A stretch of 62,452 nt of DNA, counting the filler, from Choristocarpus tenellus KU-1152 (lineage: Eukaryota; Protista; Phaeophyceae): NCBI GenBank assembly GCA_964200185.2. It is 13 parts of 13 records of this genome, joined end to end, with 100 filler letters (N's around TTAATTAATTAA, not from the genome) between each part and the next. Parts side by side here need not be neighbours in the genome. Positions count along the whole stretch, not along the records: positions 1 to 6,563 come from CAXNAD020007863.1; positions 6,664 to 12,307 come from CAXNAD020010151.1; 11 more parts are not named here. One strand, 5' to 3'. The notes beneath the pieces are model-generated. The model was given only the letters and a program-made list of their open reading frames with translations. It was not told where the DNA came from and made no database searches. The position numbers and the translations under genes are program-made. Below, piece by piece: positions 1 through 10,688 of this stretch. How positions within the stretch are numbered: position 1 is the stretch's first letter; each line of letters opens with the position of its first letter.

Positions 1-73
1 CTAACCCTAACCCTAACCCTAACCCTAACCCTAACCCTAACCCTAACCCTAACCCTAACCCTAACCCTAACCT
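1..73. repeat. Telomeric repeat array (CCCTAA)n, about 12 units, at window start
   Basis: Perfect CCCTAA tandem from base 1, with the C-rich strand 5' as expected for a left chromosome end. It could also be an interstitial array at a contig edge, because such arrays are common here. Confidence 0.9.
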
Positions 74-295
74 CAAGATAGATATAGACCTCTACCACAG
101 ATGTTAAGTACGCATAGAACCTGGTATGGTCTATGAAAGTTGCTGACTGGTACTGAGAAATCGGATGGTAATACTTTTAAAGGCCTTGCCAGGTGTGGAA
201 AAGCGTAATTTTGGTATTTTGTTATTGTTTCTTTTTCTACTGAAGCCAAGTGTGTGTACATAACGTGAGTACGGAAATTAGTCTCCTACTCGCAC

Positions 296-354
296 GTCTA
301 GAAGTGTAGATACAGGTCTAGAAGTATAGACACAAATGTAGAAGTATAGACACG
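296..354. repeat. 20-bp minisatellite, about 3 copies (GTCTAGAAGTRTAGAYACAR-like)
   Basis: gtctagaagtgtagatacag / gtctagaagtatagacacaa / atgtagaagtatagacacg. Confidence 0.6.
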
Positions 355-1287
355 TAAGTATGACGAAAACCATATACCCCTAATATCCTGTAGGTATGGT
401 ATGAAGGGTGACCTTGCAATGCAACTAATGGGTAATATGTAAGAAATAGCACAACAGGACTAAGTAAACATCAAATCTTCTTGAGTATATCACCGTAATT
501 TCGGTCTCTATTTATCAATATGTAATTTGTAGTATGATAGTATCTATCGTTTAAATCGATGTTGCTGAGGCTCTCTCACTCTTACATTCACCCGTACAGA
601 ACCCTCCCCTTTTTCTTCTGCCCTGATCAATTCACCGTTCTCGAGTATTAATGGCGGTTTTGGTGGTTACAAGAGTGGGTTTGCTTCATGGTTGCATCCT
701 CCCCTTTCCTTTGTAACAATTTAATTATAGATGAAGATCTCCCCTGCTTCCATATCAAGCAAACAAATGACCCACATGTAATGTATCGGACTTGTAGATT
801 GTCATTCCTCCTTTTTAATGCACTCAACCTGTACGTTCTACAACTAACTGGAGAAGATTATCTTCAACTATCCTACATCAACAGCACGTGTGCGGAAATG
901 AAGATCGCTTAATTACCTGGGCAACACAATATACCCTTCACCGGACCACGTTGTCTAACTATAACTTCAACCTGATATTCCATGGAATAACACCCAACCG
1001 CAGAAATCAGATCAAGTATTTCATGTACTACACGAAGGTAAGTTCTATAATCTATGTAGAACTTGACACCTTTCTCATATTTAAACCGAAACAGATATCT
1101 CTCAACTTCAACCCATCCACCCTACTCTATTGAATGGTTCCATTCTGTTTTGCTCACGAATTCTGGATTTTTTTTTCTCTGTTGGCATTCCACCCATTCC
1201 CCCTTCCCTCCCCATTGTACCCCCACTTACGACCATCCAGTGCCACCTCTTCGCCACTGACTTCCTGTCCTTCCCCCCCTTTGCGAT

Positions 1288-1392
1288 GACCAACCAATGC
1301 GAACCCCTTACACTGATTTCCAGTCATCCCCCACATCTGACGACCAACCAATGCAAACCCCCTTCACCACTGATTTCCAGTCGCTCCCCACA
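1288..1392 (+). repeat. About 55-bp tandem unit (2 copies); homologous inverted copy at 35088-35183
   Basis: gaccaaccaatgc..ccc..cactgatttccagtc..ccccacatc repeats at 1288 and 1342. Its reverse complement gtgactggaaatcagggg..ctggttggtc..gatgtgggg occurs at 35088 and 35144. Confidence 0.7.
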
Positions 1393-4241
1393 TCCTTCAA
1401 CCCCACTCAAACCCACGCAAGTTACCACTCCACTCCCCCGACACCAGTTACCACTCCACTCAACCCCATCCCACTTACCACTCCACCACACCATTCAACC
1501 CCACACCACTCAACACCACTCCATAATCATCCAAGAACACTCCTTCAATACCCACTTCATACCGCGCCTTTGAACTAGAAGACATCTACCCCGCCCGAAC
1601 TTGACCTCCCCTCCCTTTTCCCAGCATCCCCATCGGTCGTGAGCAAGCGACAGGGTGGGTGGGCGGGAAAGCTTGCTCGGAGGTTGTCTTGTTCTAGCCT
1701 CCTCGTCCTGTACCACCAGCCCTAGGTATTATTTCAGTACTGCCCATTCCTTCTTCCCTTGTGCCTCCATCTACCACTCATTTATTTAACCTCTCTCCTC
1801 CCTCTCCTAGCCACTCAGTACTTAACTCTTCGTTCACCCTCTTGCTAATTCTTATTATTCTCTGTCCTCTCCCTTCCCCTGTGCCCCCCTCCAACCACAA
1901 TTCTTCCGCCCACAAAACTCAGATTACTTCATTAATTCTCCCGTTTGTGTCTAACTATATCAACCTTTTTGGATGTAGCTAATTACATGTGGCATGTGAG
2001 CCAACGTTTTCAATTCTTGGTTTAATTTTAAATCAAGAGGGTGCTTGAATCACAAACCTACGAAATGTAACTTTGTAGTATTATGTAACTTGATGTGTTG
2101 TATATTATGATACTTATCGGTTGTGTAAGAACAGGCAACAGTTAGTGCCTACTCGGAGTATACTCTATCTACTTTTACCATACCCCTGTTCTACATAATA
2201 GTCTCTGTTTTTGTGTTGATTGACCACTTCCTTTTGATTAAAAAGATCGACTGCCTGGTCCTAAAGTTTATCCCCACTCAAATGAGAGACCCAGAGCGAC
2301 CGGAAGGCTTAGTTCCCCAGGTACTTGTGCGCTTCAACATGCTGAAAGCAGGAATTGATGCAACCAGCTGTTGAAGTGAAATCCACACCAATCGCATCGA
2401 AAATGATCTCTGCCAACACTGCGGGGGCGCAATAAAAGGGAAAGGGACATCACCCCACATCCTCTTCAGGGTATTAGTGATGCATACACTATAGTAGTCG
2501 GTGGCTGTGGCTTGCAATGGTTGCCTAGCTTGTTTCTTGAAAGGGGTATATGTCATCATCGTATGAGACTGCTTTGTGTGGGGAATCTGAATAGGTTTTT
2601 TCTTTGATATCTTAGAGAACAATCCATCCACAAGCAAGGCAATATATTCCTCTTGGGTCATACAGGTACACCCACACACATGCCCAAATACTTGAGCTTG
2701 GTAGTGTGGTAGGATGATGTATACATACTACCCCATTAGATTGTAGTCTGTACTACTGTAGCGAACTTCGCAACACACAATCCAAAAAGACCCTACTATA
2801 AAGAAGCCGCACTATCCTTAGTCCACTAACATGGTTTACGAATTTTCGATGAATGAAGTACAGTGCTAGTAAAAAAGTCAACAAACATGAAACGGTCAAT
2901 GTCAGAGTAACAGCTCACGACGAATCAATCTGGTAGTGAAACAGACAAAATCCTTGTAGAAGGGGAGGGGAAGTGAAGGTGAGTGAGAGAAGGGCAGCCA
3001 TAAAGAAACGAGGCCATCTGGCATGACTATGTCGAACATAACATTGTGCATGTATCAAAACTGTGTACAACATACTGCTTCGATGTACAGGGAATTCAGT
3101 ATGCTGTAGGTACATGTGCATTACGTTACCTACCATAATGCTTTGGTTCTTCAATGTTATATAAACGACAAAAATAATGAAAACTCTTCCACTACAAGAA
3201 GTGTTAATGACGTATTAATATGTTGGGAAAAGAAAATGGGTGGAATCAAGTGACATTTGAAGTGAATACTGGGTTAGATGAAAGTACCAATCATTCAACT
3301 AGCACTACATTATACTCCAATCTACTGTGGAACCAACATCGCCTTTACACTAGGTGACCTCAACGGTGCCCTTACAACACATCTCTTGCAGCATACACAC
3401 ATGCACTTAACAGGTGCCCAATACTCTCACCTTGATGCGCTGATGACATAATTTAGTTTATTTTGCCTCTCTTTTGGTGCCTACAAGCAAACATATTTTT
3501 TGAAAAAGGACTTACATGTAGATTGTGATGGCATCAACATCCCCAGTCAAGTAATCAGTAACAGATTGATGCAAGCACAACCAATCTATATCTGTAGGCC
3601 ATTTTCCTGATAGAAGTACTACTATATCATGAAACAAAACTATAGATTCTCAGAGCATTAGTTTTTATGTCCAACCCACATTCCTCGTCTGCACTCAAGA
3701 AATGCCTGTACTATGTACATGAGCGTCCTTTTACCACTTACCCATCGTCCCAAGCAGCACACAGGAAGGGCATGTATACTCGAGGAACACAGTGGCAGTA
3801 CTTCCACCCAATAATATAACCCACAAACGACAAATATTGTAAGAGCACTTCTCTTGCAGTAGAGCTATAGCTCATCACCTTGTCTCACCATCTCGCTTTG
3901 AAGACTTCTCCACCCAGCAATTTCCTTAGGAGCAAAGACACTAAATGGCAATCTAACTAGGGTAAAACACGATGACAAAGATTCTGATCACATAACATAC
4001 ATCAGCACAAGCTATTGTAAGGTGCATGGGTAGGAGGGCAAAAGGTGATTCCTCCTTCAACAGCAAGGCAGTGACACCCGTAGACAAACCATTATCCCCA
4101 CAAAGGAGCCTCATTCTACATCATACTCTTGCCCTCCCATTTCCCCATCCCTAAGCCTCACACACACACAAAGTCCCTTCTCCCATGCCAAACAAAACAC
4201 CCATACCCTTCCTCCCAAACCTCCCCCACCACAGCGCGCAC

Positions 4242-6289
4242 TCAGAGCTTCCTCCTCCGCCCAATGGGAGCAAAGTTTGTATTGTCGGGATCCTGGGAAG
4301 CCTTTGCCCTCCAACGCTCCATCTTCTCCAGCCTCTCAGCCTCCTTTTGAGACTCCTCTCCTGCCTCCGATGCCACCGCCTTCCATTTGTCTATCAAACT
4401 CCTAGCGCCCTTTTTGCTCTTCTTTCCCAGAGGACCAGCACTCCCGCCGCCACCACCGACCGCCCTCTTCTCCTTCCCAGACCCCTTGCGTTTCTTTGTC
4501 GCCACTGTCGCCACGCCTGGAAACTGAGAGTCACCAGAAGCAACAACCTCCAATGGCATTGCTTCCGCATCCCCATTGTGTTGTACGCTGGCAGGCTGGC
4601 TCTCTTGTCCTCGTCCAACCCCTACACCTACAATCTTGGTCGCTGTCGCTTCTGCTCCTCCCACTGCCCCACCTCCTTTTGGGAGGGGAGGAAGAGGGGC
4701 ATCGGGTAGGGGTGGTGAAAGGTCATCATTAAACACTTCTGCAGGAACGTTGAAGAGCTCCTGCTCGTCATCAGCTCCTGCCCACCGCAAAAAGAGTCCA
4801 TATCCTGGTGTGCTTGCGTTGGATGCAACCCAACCAGACCGTGCTTCTACCACTGGGTCTGGACCCTCTCCCAGACGTGCAACAGCAGTTGTTGCCCAAT
4901 CTGGTCCCAAGCTCAATGTTGTCATATAGTAGCCCCCACCTAGGTTACGGCACTTGCGTTGTCCCAGTCCTGCCAGCAGGCCTGCCAGTGCCCCCCCCCC
5001 CCACACATCCCCTACATCTGACCACCATACAAGTGTGGAGGGGCGCTCTTCCTCTGCAATGCTTGAGCCCCCTCCTGCAGCAATGGCAAGAGCCGCGGGG
5101 CCTGTGGTGGCAGTAGGCTCAGCAGCAACGGTGACCTTAGCACGATCACTAGTCAACAGGGACAATGAATGAGCCTGTTCATCGGGGAGCGGGGGGGGGG
5201 GGTCACCCTCGGGTAGGGGAGGAGGGGAGGAGGGGGACACGGCTGCCTCAGTGGTCTTTGGTGCATCTGTTGTGTCCTGTGCCGTTGGAATCATGGATGC
5301 CGATGCAGAGGCCTCGGCAGGTGTAGAGGTGGGAGTGGGAACTTGTTGCGGAAGCTCCCATAAGGTCTCATCCGTGGCAGTGTTGTGGTAGTAATAGGCG
5401 TGTCTCCCTTCGTCCCACACCGACACCCAAGGGCTGCCATGTCAAAAAGCCATTTCGTTAATGGAATTCGTTTTTGTTCGTATGCATCCCCCGCACACAC
5501 ACAATGTGTCCAAACACATTTTCCCATTGCAAAAATAACAAAAAGGTGCAAAGGGAAGGAGCGGGGAGAGGGGGGAAGTTCGCAGTGGCGATAGAGTGGA
5601 GCCGAACCCAGTGATTCATGAACCGTGGGGGAGAGGGGTGGGGGTGGGAAGCACAACACACCAATAGCAGCACACGGTCAAAGGAAAGAGTATAAACACA
5701 GGGACACAAACAGAAAAAGGGAAGAGCAGAGCGGGGAGGAAGGGGTGGTATCAAGTGAGTGTAGGGCATAGGTGACCATGCAAGGGCTGATGTGAAAATT
5801 GGAAACAAGGTAGAACGGAGGGATGTGCCAGGTACAGGCAGACATGAGACGGGCAACGACTACGGCACCCTCACCAGCACAAAAGGCATTAGAGGGGGAC
5901 AAGTCATTTTTCTCGAAATTTGTTTTCAGGTGGGTAGTTGAGACCACTCACCTGAACTCCAAGTACTTTTTCCGAACCTGGGACTTCTCTCCCCAAGCAA
6001 GTGATAGATGAGCTCTGGCACACCTGTTAGGGTTAGGGAGTCACCAATGCAGATAAGGGGGGCATGGGGGGGGAGGGGGCACGGCAAGGCAAAAGCGCTG
6101 CTTTGCCCGCTCCCTCCCTCTCCCTCCCCCCCTCCAGTACCAGCCCTTCTTCAAGCAGTATACTCTCTTCTGGTGACCATTGTTGGGCAAGAGGGGTACA
6201 GGCCCAAAGGGACAAAGTTGCCTCCGTATTGAAGGACATAAACAGTAGCAGAAGGCTCCTGAATTTGCTTCACTTGATCCCACCCTCCA
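4242..6289 (-). CDS. FNBP4-like WW-domain protein, 3' part; exons 6289-6141, 6023-5952, 5433-4242
   Basis: GT-AG junctions are phase-consistent and give ...LCPFGP...YCLKKGW|CARAHLSLAWGEKSQVRKKYLEFS|PWVSVWDEGRHAYYYHNTATDETLWELP (WW domain), then Pro-rich linkers. The C-terminus SLIDKWKAV...MERWRAK...NTNFAPIG resembles the FNBP4 C-terminal motif (SLVxKW..IEEW..NANF). The 5' end is lost at the spacer. Confidence 0.8.
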
Positions 6290-6563
6290 CTACACACCAA
6301 AAAATTGGCAACCATAACACTTGCAGGAGCCAAACAGTGCACCAACTACGCCCGTTTCCTCAAACAATGCAGTCTTGTGAGGTTCATGTGTTGAGGAGAC
6401 ACTGGTAGCCCCCCTTGTGCCCCTTTCCCTCCTTCCATGTCCCCCTTACCCTCTTTTCTCCCCTTCTGGGAATTCTCATATAGATTGAACCAGGGTGGGG
6501 GGGGGGGGGGGGAACATGGGAAGGCCAAGGAAAACAAGAAGCGAAAAAAAAAGGAAGGCAGGC

Positions 6564-6663
6564 NNNNNNNNNNNNNNNNNNNNNNNNNNNNNNNNNNNNN
6601 NNNNNNNTTAATTAATTAANNNNNNNNNNNNNNNNNNNNNNNNNNNNNNNNNNNNNNNNNNNN
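6564..6663. other. Artificial contig spacer (44N-TTAATTAATTAA-44N), first of 12
   Basis: Identical 100-nt blocks at 6564, 12308, 14970, 18625, 23970, 26682, 31289, 34988, 44267, 47862, 54046 and 59814. The palindromic 12-mer gives stops in all six frames. Confidence 0.97.
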
Positions 6664-7623
6664 GTGAGCATTGAGGGGCGCCTGTAACAAGTGTGGTTTG
6701 TGCTCCATTTATGTTGCTGTGTTGATATCTATACCTCAGACACACGAATACGTGGTGCTTTGTGTTTGTATACTACGTGTCCCTTGCAACAACATCATTT
6801 TGTGTGCTTGGTACCTTCACTGCATGTTGCATTGATTTATTTACGCTTTGTCAACAGAGTTACACTTGCCTGGAGAACTACACAAACTCAGATTAACATG
6901 TTGCAACCATCCCGTTAAACGATAATCCTGTTGAGTGCTCCTGCGTCTTGCTTGCAACAACCATAAAAGTCTACTGCTGACCTTCCATGACCAGGATGGG
7001 GTACTACAGGCTTCACACATACACAGAGACCATCCTGGGGGGGAAAGAAGAATGGAAACTCCAAGTTTGTGGCCGTTATGCCCCAGCAGTTCCAGAAGGA
7101 AAACAACATTGGGGAGATGTGCCTGGGTAACCCGGGAGGGCTATGCCGATGGGAAAGAGGAGAAGGAGGAGATCCAACAGGTAGCAATTACACTGTTTCG
7201 GCAACGCTAGAAGGAAAGGCACAGGGCGGGGTCTTGTTTAGGGGAAGAGAGGAAAAGGAGAACCTCCACCAGCTAGCAGCCACGGTCCTCCAGCAGCAAC
7301 ACGAGGAAAGGGCTGAGGGGGGTCGTGCCTAGGTAGCAGGGGTGAAATGCCCCAGGGGGGGTCTGCGCCTCTCCATGCAGAAGAAGATGAGTCATCCTAT
7401 CTCAAGTGGGGTTTTGTTGAGTATGCGAGGCCCTAATAACCGCTTTCTGGTACATGTGCTACTAGCACCCGGGAGGTCGATTTTGCGCTTATGTGGACTA
7501 ACGTTCATCTTCCCATCTGCAACCACAGCCTCATGAAGGATGTTACCGGAATTTTATGCATGGGAATGGAGTGTCAGGAAGAAAGTTTGAAAAGCCCAAG
7601 GTTTTGAAAAGGGTTTAATTTGA

Positions 7624-7804
7624 GGCTCAAAGTATCTGGGGAGGCGGTGGCGGCTGTCCATTTGGGGCCAATTTTCTAATGTCGCGATTTTTGGGTGATT
7701 AGGTTCCATAAGTCGGATGGAAAATGAAAGTGCACTTTTCCTGGTTTTGGTCCAAATGGACACCCTGGTGTAGACCCCCCCCCCTCCCCCAGATACTTTG
7801 GGTC
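7624..7804. mobile_element. MITE family A (about 180-195 bp), complete copy
   Basis: TIRs GGCTCAAAGTATCTGGGG ... CCCCAGATACTTTGGGTC. The internal sequence is shared with copies at 13312, 44401, 47816-48095, 54146-54238 and 54418. The flanks share only TGA. Confidence 0.85.
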
Positions 7805-9149
7805 TGACCTCTCTCTAAGAAAGGACAGTCAGATGGTCTATCCACACATATCTGTAATCGTGGGGTCTATGCGTAACTTCAACCTTCAAAGTGGCTACCA
7901 GGGGATTATGAACAAATGAAGGGGATCACAAACCAAGGCCCTGCCAGACAAAACCAAAGCAAATATATAATTCCAGGATAATTATCTCCTCCATGTTATT
8001 AGACAAAATGTTTGAACAACACATAGAAAGGAAAGGGGGAAGTGGCTGGCAATAGTTTAACTGAAGCATGGTGTGAAGCAACACCTAAACTGTTGCATTT
8101 TTTTATACTGAGTATATTTTTTTGTCACTTTAACCTGAAGACTATCCCAGCCTGTAGTCACAGACACTAAACACTAACACAAAAATACTTCCCATACTAC
8201 CAATTTCTGGAACCAGCTGTTGTACTATGACTAGTTACACTGTCCCCATGCATGCCTTGCCTTTCACGCATTGTTTTCATCCCGCCACTCATTATTCCAC
8301 CTTTCTACACAAAATTTTGTACTGCAACCGGCTCAGCGCCACTGAGTAATGAAGCCTTATCACCTCGTTTAGGTTTCTCCACGTTTTGGTGATATAGGGA
8401 CAGATAGGATAGTACATGTGTACTGTCTGTAGTACCTTCCACATTGACTATGGATAATCAAAACCAAAATTCCTCTGGAAATATTGTTGTGGTCAAAAAT
8501 ATTACAACCCATGAATGCACAATGGAAATAGTATGGACTGACTACTTAACGATGAGAACCCTATAAAACATCAATATCCTTTTCAAAAGTGATCGACCCT
8601 TTGATAGAGAGTCTCCTAGAGACTCAGTAATGAAAAAGATGGCCCCTTCAAGAATAATCAGTGTTCAACCCTGTTGATACCACAGAGTTATTTCCGCGAT
8701 AAATTGTTTCAGCCTTCCCAATTTCACAGGGCAAGCATAACGGATCACACTGTTCCTATAACCTATATGTTGGTATTCTCCAGAAAGGTGTAAAGATCGG
8801 GATGGCAACATCAAGACAGGGGCATATAGTAAGGGACCATGTAGTATTTTGCCCACTGACATTTTAATAAAGGCGTGTCAATAGAGGGTTAAGATAAGGA
8901 CCGAAGAGTCAAACCAACTGAGAGGTAGTAGGCAGGATTGCATTTTAAGGGTCCCCAGAAAAGGCAAAAAAATATTGTTTCGTGCAATCGCAGAAAGAGC
9001 CTTTGCTGAATTGTGATGTCACCTTTTGTTTGGAAAAGGAGGGTATCAAGTTGGCACACACTATCGTGCACATATAGCAATGGAAAGAGTCTACTACACA
9101 GGGTAAGAAAGATAGTTTATAAAATACAAAGGGGTCCAAACTTGCCTAC

Positions 9150-9407
9150 GAGTGAAAGTATCTTAGAGGGTATGAGTTTTGCCCTGTTTGTCCATTTGGG
9201 ACTTGGCTTCCCACAGGTGTTTTGTGACTTTTTCCTACTCCGATATGTTTAGGAGTAGGAAAAATTTGCACGTAATGAAGAGGTGTGTCCGGAACAAGGA
9301 TATTGACACTTCCCCAAAAGCATGATAGTCAAAATTACATCAAAATCGGAATATTGGAATTTGACCTCGAAATGGACGCGGTTCTACCCTCTAAGATACT
9401 TTGGCTC
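9150..9407. mobile_element. MITE family B (about 260 bp)
   Basis: TIRs GAGTGAAAGTATCTTAGAGGGTA ... TACCCTCTAAGATACTTTGGCTC; colinear with 36754-37013 and 53815-54045. Confidence 0.85.
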
Positions 9408-10439
9408 AAAATGAACCACGACGGTGAGACAAGAAGAGCCGCCAAGGCCACTCTTCCCCCTGGATCTACCCTTGGCACCTTCTCTGTCGAGAGGCAACGG
9501 AAAAGAAAGTACCGTGTGACATTCAGTGCGAAGTTAGGTGACGAGAAAGTGCGTGTAATGTGACGCAGCAACATAATCAAATCGAGAAATGGATCACAGG
9601 GTCGCGATACTGACGCTGAGAGAAGATGCACTGAAAGCTTTACCACACAAATGTAGTTGGATCTTCAACCACGTCGGAGCACTGTTCTGCAGTCTCTGCC
9701 GTCTCGGGAAAGCAGGAAGAGAGCGGCGAGTCCATCACCAGATGGTACAGTGACGAAGTCTGTGGGGAAGCCTGGTCACGTCAGGCAAAGGGAGAACCGA
9801 GGTGGTCGCTCGAAGGGAAAATTGAGGAAGAGAGCAGTGCGACTCCGTGCCATTATGCTCAGGAAATGCCTAAGCGAAAACCCGGGTGTAGAATATCTTA
9901 GTAGCCGATAGTTGCAGCGGGCCCTGGCTGTTAGAACCTGTGCGAGCCAGAGTGGCTTCAGGAAATGAGAAAGAAGGTGTTAGGGTTGGGCTACAAGGGA
10001 TCTGAAGTCCGAAAGAAGGTCGAAAGGGCTCAAAAGGTGGAGGAGAAAGCGATCGTAACAAAGGCAGCTGTGGAAACTTTTTGATACCACCAAATCCTCT
10101 CCTTGGAAGAGGTCGCGAAGCAAGGACACCAGGGAAGAATAGGAGGTGAGATTGATACACACCAGTGGTTTGGTGTCTCCCACTTCTTGCAACATGCCGC
10201 ACATTCCCTTTTGTTCCTGGACTTGGGGTTGGACGTATGAAGTCGATTAAAGCTTTCTCCTAGCCTGCATTCATTCGAGAAATCAATACAATTTTCGACC
10301 AACTCAAGCCTGTCCTCTCTCGCCCTTGCGCCTTGATGATAAAACATCACCCGTCCAGGAAACACAGACAACACCCATTTCCAGCGCTCAGAAAGGAAAT
10401 GTGATAGATAAGGCTCTAACACTACGAATCCTGTACCTG

Positions 10440-10688
10440 TGTATGAACGATGAGAAAGACCATCAAACGGAGCTCTAGATGGCAGCAGGATATGCGATGG
10501 TCAGACCGGAAACTTTGAGTAAATGGGAGAGAGACTTCCAAACTAAAGGTCACATCAAGGTGTTGGAGCAAGGGCACAATAAGATGCGTTTCGTTCTGGG
10601 CCTCGACGAGGACATCCTTGCCGAGGTCAAAGAGTGGGTGCGCGAACACACAGGAAGAAAGGGTGGGGAGCCTTTTTTCATCAACTAA
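10440..10688 (+). pseudogene. Tc1/IS630-like DDE transposase N-terminal fragment
   Basis: TLSKWERDFQTKGHIKVLEQGHNKMRFVLGLDEDILAEVKEWVREHTGRKG resembles the WxxxF...G...G.H.K...L.DED...W.R segment that precedes the catalytic domain in large DDE_3-type eukaryotic transposases. No catalytic domain was seen. Confidence 0.4.

Noticed and set aside
1130-1578. 147-aa Pro/His/Thr-rich ORF
   Set aside because: It is a translation of C-rich low-complexity and tandem-repeat DNA with no domain signal.
2309-2679. Possible mariner-like transposase remnant (MTQEEYIALLVDGLFSKI...; IIFDAIGVDF..CINSCFQHV)
   Set aside because: Resemblance is too weak; no catalytic motifs or TIRs were seen.
4185-5172. Several plus-strand ORFs overlapping the WW gene
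   Set aside because: They are antisense shadows of the GC-rich minus-strand exon.
6608-6619. Recurrent palindrome TTAATTAATTAA (12 copies) that could look like a regularly spaced repeat or recombination-site system
   Set aside because: It is always centred in exactly 44+44 Ns, so it is an artificial six-frame-stop linker. ORFs ending in X..LIN are artefacts.
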